Below are positions 35,289 to 43,796 of a stretch of DNA of 58,051 bases, piece by piece. The DNA is from an uncultured Piscirickettsiaceae bacterium (GTDB lineage: Bacteria; Pseudomonadota; Gammaproteobacteria; GCF-002020875): positions 14,236 to 72,286 of the forward strand of contig CAYFMF010000001.1 in NCBI GenBank assembly GCA_964344135.1, in the 5' to 3' direction. Each line of letters opens with the position of its first letter. Within the stretch, counting starts at the first letter, position 1. The position numbers were made by a program, and so were the translations under genes. The notes under the pieces are model-generated. The model saw only the letters and a program-made list of their open reading frames with translations, was not told where the DNA came from and did not search any database.

Positions 35289-36326
35289 ATGGCGTTGAGC
35301 GTTGTCGTGCGGGGTGTGTTTCTGCTGGTTGTGCTGGCGATGGGGCCGGCAACAGCGGCAGAGGAGGGGCTTGGCGAGGGGCTGGTTAACCCCGGCTATG
35401 TCGAGAAGCCTGACTGGTTCAAGGACTCTTTTCTTGATCTGCGGGAGGATGTCGCCGAGGCGGCAGCCGGGGGGAGACGGCTGATGCTCTACTTTCACCA
35501 GGATGGCTGTCCCTACTGCGCCACCCTGATTGAGGATCTCCACTCCAGAAGCCTGGCCGAGAAGGTCCAGAGCTACTTCGATGTTGTGGAGATCAACATG
35601 TGGGGGGATCGGGAGGTGGTCGATCTTCAGGGGGAGGCGTTGACAGAGAAAGAGTTCAGCGAGTCGATGAAGGTTCTCTTCACCCCCACCATCCTCTTCC
35701 TGAATGAGGCGGGGGAGGGTGTGATCCGGATGAATGGATACTATCCACCACACCAGTTCTCCGCAGTGCTCGACTATGTGGGGCGCCAGCTGGAGGAGAA
35801 GATCACCTTTCAGGAGCACTATGCCGGGATCAATCCGGTACAGCCCTCGGCAACACTGCACCATGAGCCCGGGTGGGGGAGGGCACCGGTTGACCTCAGA
35901 TCATCGAGCGAGAGTGGCAGACCCAGGCTGCTACTGTTTGAGCAGCGGCGCTGCGGCTCCTGTGATGAGCTGCATCTGGATATACTCAGGCGTCCGGAGA
36001 TCCGTGCCGACCTCGAGCAGTTCGATGTGGTTCTTCTCGATATCTGGGGTGATCAACTGGTTACCCTCCCTGATGGAGAGCAGCTAACGGAACGTGACTG
36101 GGCAAGAAGATTGAGGGTTCAGTTCTCGCCCACCCTGCTGTTTCTTGATCAACAGGGGCACGAGGTGTTCCGTACCGAGGCCTATCTCAAGGCGTTTCAC
36201 ACCCACTCTGCCATGCAGTATCTCCTTACCGGAAGTTACCGTGAACAACCCAACTTTCAGCGCTTCGTGCAGAGCCGTGCGGATGCACTGCATCAGCAGG
36301 GGGTTGAGGTGGATTTGATGAAATAA
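35289..36326 (+). CDS. Periplasmic protein with two tandem thioredoxin-like domains (CPYC and CGSC)
   Basis: ORF trimmed to ATG 35289, giving signal peptide [24 protein letters not shown]. There are two internally similar halves: [16 protein letters not shown]...[13 protein letters not shown] and [15 protein letters not shown]...[13 protein letters not shown]. Confidence 0.75.
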   Translation: MALSVVVRGVFLLVVLAMGPATAAEEGLGEGLVNPGYVEKPDWFKDSFLDLREDVAEAAAGGRRLMLYFHQDGCPYCATLIEDLHSRSLAEKVQSYFDVVEINMWGDREVVDLQGEALTEKEFSESMKVLFTPTILFLNEAGEGVIRMNGYYPPHQFSAVLDYVGRQLEEKITFQEHYAGINPVQPSATLHHEPGWGRAPVDLRSSSESGRPRLLLFEQRRCGSCDELHLDILRRPEIRADLEQFDVVLLDIWGDQLVTLPDGEQLTERDWARRLRVQFSPTLLFLDQQGHEVFRTEAYLKAFHTHSAMQYLLTGSYREQPNFQRFVQSRADALHQQGVEVDLMK

Positions 36327-36399
36327 TCCCTTATTATGGCGGCATGTTTCGGCCGAGGTGATGGCTGGCAGGGGTCAGACAGCAGAAGATCATCAGCCT

Positions 36400-36522
36400 C
36401 TAGATCATGTTCTTCAATGCGGAGCCGATGATTAGGAGGGTGGCGAGTGAGGCCAGTATGAATATCAGGATGGCACCCGCATCGATAATACTTTTTGCAA
36501 AAGCTTTGATCTGTTCTTCCAT
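36400..36522 (-). CDS. Candidate small hydrophobic protein, 40 aa (below the ORF-track cutoff)
   Basis: Minus strand: GAAGGAAG, then 7 nt, then ATG. Translation MEEQIKAFAKSIIDAGAILIFILASLATLLIIGSALKNMI, a short amphipathic N-terminus followed by one TM helix. The stop is TAG at 36402-36400. Confidence 0.4.
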   Translation of the reverse strand: MEEQIKAFAKSIIDAGAILIFILASLATLLIIGSALKNMI

Positions 36523-36670
36523 GATTGACTTCCTTCAGCAGTATTGATGGATGGAGTTACAGCGACTCTTAATCACTGTAACCGAGGTGGATACTGAGGG
36601 GTTGAGGGGAGGTCTGTCCCTCAATACCGGCTCGTGGGCTATACGATAAGGTCAAAATATGGCACTTTCA

Positions 36671-36697
36671 TTTCCGTGTGGTTTCAGATTGTTTCAG
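36671..36697. repeat. Copy A of a 27-nt phased-repeat core (TTTCCG-N5-TTTCAGA-N-TGTTTCAG)
   Basis: It matches copy B (37557-37583) at 23 of 27 positions with identical spacing. The minus strand reads TGAAACA-N3-TGAAACC-N3-CGGAAAT, that is, direct repeats at 10-bp phase. Confidence 0.55.
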
Positions 36698-36818
36698 TGG
36701 AAGGTGTCGTTTGAGGCAGAATGGTTGCCAAATTGTTGGCAGGTGGCAATATCCCACTCTCTGTGCCGACACGCTCAAGGCCGCTGGCAGTTGCTTAGCA
36801 GATTGCTCTCCATAACCC

Positions 36819-37271
36819 CTACCATGGGGTGGGCATCATCCCCATCCCCATCCGGTTAAAGTTCGGCATCCCCCCCTCTCTCTGGCGGCTCCGTCTCTGG
36901 TAGGGGTTGCTGCTCCCGTATTTCTGTTTCAGGTACTGCCGCTGCTGGCGGGCAGTTTCATAGCATGACGACAATGAGCCATCCTCTTCACTTGCACGCT
37001 GAACACAGCGGATCTCCTGTTCGATCAGTGAACTCTTCTCGATGGATCGGGCCAGGCTTCTCTCGAGGCGCTTCAGAATATCCGCCTTCGACGCCCCCGA
37101 TGTTGAGTCCCCCGATCTTGCCCACTCTCCAGTTTCGGTCTGGAGTGCCCCATCCGTCACGGAGGAGCGTCCGAAATCCCGGGCACCAAATGGATTGTAG
37201 AGCGTGTCATCTGCCACTGCCGCCGATGTTATCCATGCCGCTGTGAGCAGCACACCAAACCTGTTTCGCAT
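36819..37271 (-). CDS. Hypothetical secreted protein with Met-rich C-terminal tail
   Basis: ORF trimmed to ATG 37271, giving signal peptide MRNRFGVLLTAAWITSAAVA. It has a helical, charged middle with 2 Cys and the tail GGMPNFNRMGMGMMPTPW. No family recognised. Confidence 0.6.
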   Translation of the reverse strand: MRNRFGVLLTAAWITSAAVADDTLYNPFGARDFGRSSVTDGALQTETGEWARSGDSTSGASKADILKRLERSLARSIEKSSLIEQEIRCVQRASEEDGSLSSCYETARQQRQYLKQKYGSSNPYQRRSRQREGGMPNFNRMGMGMMPTPW

Positions 37272-37364
37272 AAGAGAACCCCACTGCTGATCTGAGAGCG
37301 GACATGGTCGCACAGTTTGTCGCAGATCGCAGGGATTATTCCGGGTTGCAGCCTGAGCGGCTGC

Positions 37365-37394
37365 AAAAAAAAGCACGACCCTTATGGATCGTGC
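37365..37394 (-). terminator. Rho-independent terminator downstream of bolA
   Basis: The minus strand reads GCACGA-tccataaggg-TCGTGC followed by TTTTTTTT. Confidence 0.75.
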
Positions 37395-37556
37395 CGAATC
37401 ATAACTACCAAAGGAGGAGTAACAGCAGCTATGTAAATCTGGTAAAACTGATGATCAGAAATGAAGCCGATGCTGAAGTGTCATGAGGAGGAGGGATTGA
37501 CCCTCCAGCACCAGCCCATTGGAGGGTTATTCTGCCGGTGAACTGTTTCACCCCTA

Positions 37557-37583
37557 TTTCCGAATTGTTTCAGAATGTTTCAG
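37557..37583. repeat. Copy B of the 27-nt phased-repeat core; overlaps the bolA stop codon
   Basis: TTTCCG-aattg-TTTCAGA-a-TGTTTCAG; see copy A. An extra TGTTTCA lies at 37545-37551. Confidence 0.55.
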
Positions 37584-37848
37584 GGACTGTTTTTTCTATC
37601 CTGATGCTGAGGGCGTGGATCTCGTTCTCCATCAGGGGGTCGACTGCACCATAGACCAGCCGGTGTTGCTGAATCAGGCTCTTGCCATCAAACATGGGTG
37701 ATGCGATATGGATCGTGAAGTGGCCCGCCCCGCCCGCACTCTTGTGGCCGGCATGCTCATCCGAGTTGTCCTCGATCTCCAGGGAGGTGGGTGAGAACGC
37801 CTTTGTCAGGAGTGCCCGAATCGCCTCAATACGCTCTTCCGGACTCAC
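37570..37848 (-). CDS. BolA-family protein
   Basis: ORF trimmed to GTG 37848 (AGGAG, 5 nt, then GTG). Motifs: DNSDEHAGH...GHFTIHIASPMFDGKSLIQQHRLVY...IHALSI. Confidence 0.85.
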   Translation of the reverse strand: MSPEERIEAIRALLTKAFSPTSLEIEDNSDEHAGHKSAGGAGHFTIHIASPMFDGKSLIQQHRLVYGAVDPLMENEIHALSIRIEKTVPETF

Positions 37849-37856
37849 TGTTACTC

Positions 37857-38156
37857 CTAGGGCAGTACATGCTTGAAGGGTTTGACGGTAACCTGCTGGT
37901 AGACATCGGCTGCAACATAGGGATCCTGGTCGGCCCACTGCCGGGCCACCTCCAGTGAGGGGAATTCGGCAACCACCAGGCTTCCGCTAAACCCCGCAGG
38001 TCCCGGGTCCTCGCTGTCGATTGCGGGGTGTGGACCGGCAAGCAGAAGTCGTCCCTCATCGCGCAGCTGTTCGAGTCGCTGCAGATGGTCCGGGCGGGCT
38101 GCAAGTCGTCTCTCCAGGCTGTTTTCCTGGTCCTGGCTGATGATGGCGTAGAGCAT
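37857..38156 (-). CDS. yciI: YciI-family protein
   Basis: 99 aa with MLYAIISQD...RPDHLQRL...GRLLLAGP. It overlaps yciB by ATGA. Confidence 0.85.
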   Translation of the reverse strand: MLYAIISQDQENSLERRLAARPDHLQRLEQLRDEGRLLLAGPHPAIDSEDPGPAGFSGSLVVAEFPSLEVARQWADQDPYVAADVYQQVTVKPFKHVLP

Positions 38157-38761
38157 TATGGTGTCTCCCTCTCTCTCTCCGGTTCATCCAGAGTGGTTTC
38201 GGTGGCAGGCTCCTCCTGCATGTGGCGGGTCATGTAGAAAGCCTGTGCGATCACGAAGCTGAAGGTCAGCCCCATCACCCCGAAGAGCTTGAAGTTGACC
38301 CAGATCTCCTCGCGCACCTGTTCGTCCAGCTCGAGCCCGTAGTAGAAGGCGATATAGAGGTTGATCAGCCCCACGATGATGAAGAAGATCCCCCAGCTCC
38401 AGTTGAGCCGGTTCCAGATATTGTGTTCGAGCGTTACGCTCCCCCCCATCATCCGTTTGGCCAGGGGTTTTTCTCCGATATAGCCGCTTGCGATAAAGGC
38501 CAGCCCAAAGACCCAGTTCACGACGGTCACCTTCCACTTGATGAAGGCGGCATCCTGAAAGATCAGGGTTGCTCCGCCCAGCACGGTGATGAGGCCGAGG
38601 GTGACCAGGTGCATCTTCTCAAAGCGGCGGTGGCGCAGCCAGAAGAGGACAACCTGTATTGCGGAGGCGGCAATGGCAACCGCTGTTGCGACAAAGATGT
38701 CATACATCTTGTAGGCAACAAAAAAGAGGATGACAGGAAAGAGATCAAAAAGAAATTTCAT
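38156..38761 (-). CDS. yciB: Intracellular septation protein A (YciB)
   Basis: 201 aa with five hydrophobic helices and an [19 protein letters not shown]-terminus. Confidence 0.88.
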   Translation of the reverse strand: MKFLFDLFPVILFFVAYKMYDIFVATAVAIAASAIQVVLFWLRHRRFEKMHLVTLGLITVLGGATLIFQDAAFIKWKVTVVNWVFGLAFIASGYIGEKPLAKRMMGGSVTLEHNIWNRLNWSWGIFFIIVGLINLYIAFYYGLELDEQVREEIWVNFKLFGVMGLTFSFVIAQAFYMTRHMQEEPATETTLDEPERERETP

Positions 38762-38816
38762 TGGATGAGGGGTAAAATGGGCCTTTAATCAGGGGCTGAT
38801 CATACCATACCAACTC

Positions 38817-39692
38817 ATGCTGAATATTGACCTCCATAGCCACTCCACAGTCTCGGACGGAACGCTCTCTCCGGCCGCACTGGTGCGCCGTGCCCGGGAG
38901 CAGGGGGTCGACCTCCTTGCACTGACCGATCACGACGAGGTGGCAGGCATTGCAGAGGCTGAGGAGGAGGCCGGCAGGGTGGGCATCCGGCTGCTGGCTG
39001 GGGTCGAGATATCGGTTACCTGGGGGGGGCAGACCATCCATCTGGTGGGGCTGAATGTTGATCCGGAGAATCTGGAGCTGCAGCAGGGGCTGGCACGGCT
39101 GCGGGAGTATCGGCGGTGGCGGGGGGAAGAGATCGGACGCCGGCTGGAGCGGGCGGGCATCGCGCAGGCATACCGGGGGGCGCTGGGGTATCAGCAGGGT
39201 GATCTTCTGACCCGAACCCACTATGGACGTTTTCTGGTCGGTGCGGGGGTGGTGGAGACGATGCAGGATGCCTTCAAAAAGTATCTGCTGCGCGGAAAAC
39301 CGGGATATGTCTCGGGGCGCTGGGCCACGCTGGAGGAGGCTGTGGGGTGGATTCGCGCTGCGGGCGGGGTCGCAGTAGTTGCCCATCCGGCACGATACGG
39401 GATGACCCGGACCAGGCTGAGGGCGATGCTGGGGGAGTTTATTGAGTGTGGCGGTGAAGGGTTGGAGGTGGTCTCCAGCAGCCACAATGGGAACGAGACC
39501 CGTACCATGGCCAGCAATGCGATGGATCTGGGGCTTGCGGCCTCCCGCGGTTCCGATTTTCATGACCCCGACAACCGCTGGATTGAGCTGGGCCGTCTCC
39601 CCGCACTGCCAGAGGGATGTGACCCCATCTGGGATCGGATGGCGCTTGCCCTGCCGGATCTTCCATCAGCAGAGTGTTTAGTGGGGGGGTAG
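38817..39692 (+). CDS. PHP-domain phosphoesterase (TrpH/YciV family)
   Basis: 291 aa with IDLHSHSTVSDGTLSPAALV and LALTDHDEV motifs. It is adjacent to yciO as in E. coli. Confidence 0.85.
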   Translation: MLNIDLHSHSTVSDGTLSPAALVRRAREQGVDLLALTDHDEVAGIAEAEEEAGRVGIRLLAGVEISVTWGGQTIHLVGLNVDPENLELQQGLARLREYRRWRGEEIGRRLERAGIAQAYRGALGYQQGDLLTRTHYGRFLVGAGVVETMQDAFKKYLLRGKPGYVSGRWATLEEAVGWIRAAGGVAVVAHPARYGMTRTRLRAMLGEFIECGGEGLEVVSSSHNGNETRTMASNAMDLGLAASRGSDFHDPDNRWIELGRLPALPEGCDPIWDRMALALPDLPSAECLVGG

Positions 39693-40313
39693 ATGGCCAG
39701 GATTCTCGAGATTCACCCGCTCAACCCACAACCAAGATTGATTGAGCAGGTGGTAGAGGTGGTACGGAAGGGGGGGGTGATTGCTTACCCCACCGACTCC
39801 AGCTATGCACTGGGGTGCCATATCGGAGACAAGCAGGCGATGGAGCGGATCCGCCGGATTCGCCGTGTTGGTCCGGACCACAACTTTACCCTGGTCTGCC
39901 CCAACCTCTCCGACCTCAGCCTCTATGCCAAGGTCGACAACACCTCATTTCGGTTGATGAAGCGGGTCATGCCGGGCCCCTATACCCTGATCCTGAAGGC
40001 AAGTCGGGAGGTGCCGCGCCGGCTGCAACACCCCAAGCGAAAGACGATCGGGCTCCGTGTCCCCGATAACCGGGTTGCACACGCCCTGATGGAGGCGCTG
40101 GGCGAGCCGCTGATGAGCTCTACCCTGATCCCCCCGGGCGGGGAGTTTCCGCTGAATGACCCCGATGAGATTGACCGGCAGATGGGCCATGCGCTGGATC
40201 TGATCATTGATGGGGGGCACTGTGGTGTGGAGCCCACTACTGTGGTCAATATGGTGGATGGAATCCCCGAGGTTGTCCGTGTCGGTTGTGGTGATCCGGC
40301 ACCATTTGAGTGA
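39693..40313 (+). CDS. yciO: Sua5/YciO/YrdC-family protein (YciO-like)
   Basis: 206 aa with VIAYPTDSSYALGC, PGPYTLIL and IGLRVPDN motifs. Confidence 0.85.
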   Translation: MARILEIHPLNPQPRLIEQVVEVVRKGGVIAYPTDSSYALGCHIGDKQAMERIRRIRRVGPDHNFTLVCPNLSDLSLYAKVDNTSFRLMKRVMPGPYTLILKASREVPRRLQHPKRKTIGLRVPDNRVAHALMEALGEPLMSSTLIPPGGEFPLNDPDEIDRQMGHALDLIIDGGHCGVEPTTVVNMVDGIPEVVRVGCGDPAPFE

Positions 40314-40327
40314 GCAGAGAGGTATAA

Positions 40328-41017
40328 TTGAGCCCAATGAGCCAGTTCTCCATGATTCAGAATATCGCCATCTGGGCGCTTCCCGTTCTCTTTGCAATTA
40401 CTGCCCACGAGGTGGCCCATGGCTGGGTGGCCAAGAAGATGGGAGACAAGACCGCAATGATGATGGGGCGACTGACCCTCAATCCAATCAAGCATGTGGA
40501 TCCGGTGGGGACGGTTGCCGTTCCCCTGCTGCTGGTCATATTGCAGACCGGCTTTCTCTTTGGGTGGGCCCGGCCGGTTCCGGTCACCATGGAGAATCTG
40601 CGCCATCCCAAACGGGACATGGTCTGGGTTGCGCTCGCAGGCCCGGCATCGAACGGGGTGATGGCGCTACTGTGGGTTGCGGTGATCCAGGTCGGGGCAC
40701 TGGTCCCCCTCTCTGCGATCGCGCTGCCGATGGTGCTGATGGGGAGTGCCGGCGTGGTCATCAATGTGATGCTGATGGTACTCAACCTGGTGCCACTCCC
40801 ACCGCTGGATGGGGGGCGCATTGTTGCCGGGCTGCTTCCCGGGCCGCTCTCCTGGAAATTCAGCCGGATCGAGCCCTATGGCTTCTTCATCCTGATCGCA
40901 CTGCTGGTAACGGGGATACTTTGGGGTGTGATCGGGCCAATCATCTCGTGGCTGATCGTCCACATCATGATGATTGCTGTCGACAACCCTGAGGTTGTAC
41001 TCAATCTAATCTTGTAA
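40328..41017 (+). CDS. Site-2 protease family (peptidase M50) membrane metalloprotease
   Basis: 229 aa, polytopic, with the HEVAHGW (HExxH) motif in the first TM region. Confidence 0.8.
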   Translation: MSPMSQFSMIQNIAIWALPVLFAITAHEVAHGWVAKKMGDKTAMMMGRLTLNPIKHVDPVGTVAVPLLLVILQTGFLFGWARPVPVTMENLRHPKRDMVWVALAGPASNGVMALLWVAVIQVGALVPLSAIALPMVLMGSAGVVINVMLMVLNLVPLPPLDGGRIVAGLLPGPLSWKFSRIEPYGFFILIALLVTGILWGVIGPIISWLIVHIMMIAVDNPEVVLNLIL

Positions 41018-41040
41018 TCTTACAAAACTGTACGGGCAAT

Positions 41041-42279
41041 ATGAACTCAATAACCAACAGCCGCTCCACGGTGCCATCACAATTTCATCGGGTGGTTTCA
41101 GGAATGCGGCCGACCGGAAATCTCCATCTGGGGCACTATCATGGGGTGCTGGAGAACTGGGTACGTCTGCAGCACGAGTATGAGTGCTTCTTCTTTGTTG
41201 CCGACTGGCATGCACTGACCACCCACTATGAGGACCCATCGGTCATCGAGCAGAGTGTCCATGAGATGGTCATCGACTGGCTGGCAGCGGGGGTTGATCC
41301 CGGTGTATCCAGAATCTTTATCCAGTCTCATGTGCCGGAGCATGCGGAGCTGCACACACTGCTGTCGATGATGACCCCGCTTAGCTGGCTGGAGCGGGTT
41401 CCCACCTACAAGGATCAGCAGGAGAAGCTGAAGGAGAGGGATCTCTCCACCTACGGTTTTCTTGGATATCCGCTGCTGCAGAGTGCCGATATTCTCGCCT
41501 ATCGCGCGGGTCAGGTACCGGTGGGAGAGGATCAGGTGGCCCATGTCGAGCTTACCCGTGAGGTGGCGCGCCGCTTCAACCACCTCTACGGCAAGGAGCC
41601 CGGCTTCGAGGAGAAGGCAGAGAGTGCCGCCAGGAAGATGGGGAAGAAGAACGCAAAGCTCTACCACCGGCTGCGTCGAAGCTTTCAGGAGGAGGGGGAC
41701 CATGATGCGCTGCAGACCGCACGGGCACTGCTGGAGTCACAGCAGAATATCACGATGGGGGACCGGGAACGTCTCTTCGGATATCTGGATGGGGGGGGCA
41801 AGGTCATTCTGCCCGAGCCTCAGGCGCTGCTGACAAAGGCCTCGAAAATGCCGGGGCTGGATGGCCAGAAGATGTCAAAGTCCTACAACAACACCATCTC
41901 ACTGAGAGAGGATCCGGCCGAGGCGGAGCAGAAGATTAGAACCATGCCAACCGATCCAGCACGGGTGCGCAGGACTGATCCAGGAGATCCCGAAAAGTGC
42001 CCAGTATGGGAGTTCCACAAGGTTTATACTGACGAGCAGACCCGTGCAGAACTGGCGGAGGGGTGTCGCAGCGCAGGGATTGGATGCCTCGATTGCAAGC
42101 AGTCCGTGGTGGATGGTGTAGTGAGGGAGCTGGTTCCGATGCGGGAGCGTGCAGGGCGTTTTACCGATGATCCTGCACTGGTGAGGAGTATCCTCGAGGA
42201 GGGGAGAGAGCTCGCGCGGGATGAGGCAAAGAGGACCATGGTTGAGGTTCGTCAGGCGATGGGTCTTGCCTATAATTGA
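41041..42279 (+). CDS. trpS: Tryptophan--tRNA ligase (long form)
   Basis: 412 aa with a HIGH-type motif (GNLHLGHYHG) and KMSKS. Confidence 0.93.
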   Translation: MNSITNSRSTVPSQFHRVVSGMRPTGNLHLGHYHGVLENWVRLQHEYECFFFVADWHALTTHYEDPSVIEQSVHEMVIDWLAAGVDPGVSRIFIQSHVPEHAELHTLLSMMTPLSWLERVPTYKDQQEKLKERDLSTYGFLGYPLLQSADILAYRAGQVPVGEDQVAHVELTREVARRFNHLYGKEPGFEEKAESAARKMGKKNAKLYHRLRRSFQEEGDHDALQTARALLESQQNITMGDRERLFGYLDGGGKVILPEPQALLTKASKMPGLDGQKMSKSYNNTISLREDPAEAEQKIRTMPTDPARVRRTDPGDPEKCPVWEFHKVYTDEQTRAELAEGCRSAGIGCLDCKQSVVDGVVRELVPMRERAGRFTDDPALVRSILEEGRELARDEAKRTMVEVRQAMGLAYN

Positions 42280-42289
42280 GGGGGTTGAG

Positions 42290-43150
42290 ATGAACAATGA
42301 GCTGCCGTTGGGGGATGCATCCGCAGTCGATCCGGAGAGTGAGCGACTGTTGCGTGAAATCAGGGTTTCGGGAGAGTCTCTGCAGGAGCTTCCAAAGGAT
42401 CTCTATATACCGCCGGAGGCGCTCAAGGTTGTACTGGATGCCTTTGAGGGTCCGCTCGATCTCCTGCTCTACCTGATTCGCAGGCAGAATCTGGAGATTC
42501 TGGAGATCCCCATTGCCGAGGTGACCCGCCAGTACATGGGTTATGTGGAGATGATGCGTGCCCTCAACCTGGAGCTGGCCGCAGAGTATCTGGTGATGGC
42601 CGCGATGCTGGCAGAGATCAAGTCCAGGATGTTGCTTCCTCGTCATGAGGAGGTTGAGGACGAGGAGGATCCAAGGGCAGAGCTGATCCGGAGACTCCAG
42701 GAGTATGAGCAGTTCAAGCGTGCTGCCGAGGAGCTGGGCGATCTTCCCCGCATGGAGCGGGATATCAATCCGGTCGAGATTGCTGCCCCGGAACGGGGGC
42801 CCCGCCCACAGCCCGAGGTGCAGCTGCAGGCGCTATTGACGGCATTCAGTGATGTCCTGCAGCGGGCGGAGCTGTTTAACAGCCACCATGTGCAGCGTGA
42901 GCCGCTCTCGATCCGGGATCGCATGAGTACAATCCTTTCGCGGCTGGATGAGGTGGCTGGGGGGGATGCCCCATTTGTCGAGTTTGCCTCCCTGTTTCAT
43001 CTCGAGGAGGGGCGTGCCGGGGTTGTGATTACACTGATGGCCGTGCTTGAGTTGATCAAGGAGTCACTGATTGGCGTGGTACAGAATGAGCCCTATGGGC
43101 CAATCTATATTCGCCCCTCATCTGAGGAGCCGCTAGAGCAGGGAGAGTGA
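42290..43150 (+). CDS. scpA: Segregation and condensation protein A
   Basis: ORF trimmed to ATG 42290, downstream of the trpS stop. Motif FEGPLDLLLYLIRRQNLEILEIPIAEVT. Confidence 0.9.
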   Translation: MNNELPLGDASAVDPESERLLREIRVSGESLQELPKDLYIPPEALKVVLDAFEGPLDLLLYLIRRQNLEILEIPIAEVTRQYMGYVEMMRALNLELAAEYLVMAAMLAEIKSRMLLPRHEEVEDEEDPRAELIRRLQEYEQFKRAAEELGDLPRMERDINPVEIAAPERGPRPQPEVQLQALLTAFSDVLQRAELFNSHHVQREPLSIRDRMSTILSRLDEVAGGDAPFVEFASLFHLEEGRAGVVITLMAVLELIKESLIGVVQNEPYGPIYIRPSSEEPLEQGE

Positions 43151-43151
43151 G

Positions 43152-43796
43152 ATGGAGAGCAATCTGAAAAACATCATTGAGGCGGCGCTGATGGCCGCCG
43201 GCAGGCCACTCAGCATCAAACTGCTGCGCTCCCTGTTTGAGGAGCAGGCGCGCCCTGAGCGCAAGGAGATCCTGGAGGCCCTGCAGCAGCTGCAGCAGGA
43301 GAGTGAGGGTCGCGGATATGAGGTGGTTGAGGTTGCCAGTGGCTGGCGCATGCAGGTGCGGCAGGAGCTCTCCACCTGGATCAACCGTCTCTGGGAGGAG
43401 AAACCGGCGCGCTATTCACGTGCTCTGCTGGAGACCATGGCACTCATCGCCTACCGTCAGCCGATCACCCGCGGGGAGATTGAGGAGATACGCGGGGTAG
43501 CGGTCAGTACCAATATCATGAAGACCCTGCAGGAGCGGGAGTGGATCCGTCTGCTTGGGCATCGCGATGTTCCCGGAAGGCCTGCCATCTACGGAACCAG
43601 CAAGAAGTTTCTCGACTACTTCGGTCTCAAGACCCTGGAGGAGATGCCGACCCTGATGGAGCTGAAGGAGATGGATCTGATGGGAGATGAGGCGGAATTT
43701 AATCTGGAGCAGGAGGAGCCCGATCTGGATGCAGAGGGTGAGGAGGAGTCCAGGGTTGATCTGCGTCTGATCGTAAACGAGAAGACGGAACAGTAA
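43152..43796 (+). CDS. scpB: Segregation and condensation protein B
   Basis: 214 aa with IIEAALMAAGRPLS, AYRQPITRGEIEEIRGV and an acidic tail. Confidence 0.9.
   Translation: MESNLKNIIEAALMAAGRPLSIKLLRSLFEEQARPERKEILEALQQLQQESEGRGYEVVEVASGWRMQVRQELSTWINRLWEEKPARYSRALLETMALIAYRQPITRGEIEEIRGVAVSTNIMKTLQEREWIRLLGHRDVPGRPAIYGTSKKFLDYFGLKTLEEMPTLMELKEMDLMGDEAEFNLEQEEPDLDAEGEEESRVDLRLIVNEKTEQ

Noticed and set aside
35181-35864. Long N-terminal extension of the ppnP ORF (321 aa in the ORF track).
   Set aside because: Only the last 93 codons match the PpnP/DUF1255 family. The extension is antisense to the thioredoxin-like gene and has an atypical composition.
36659-36859. 66-aa plus-strand ORF in the islet.
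   Set aside because: It overlaps the 3' end of the secreted-protein gene, has no RBS, is Trp/Cys-rich and runs through repeat copy A.
37412-37436. AGGAGG followed by an ATG-TAA start-stop mini-ORF.
   Set aside because: The spacing from the SD to the ATG is 13 nt, which is too long. It lies on the strand opposite the local transcription unit, so it is probably coincidence.
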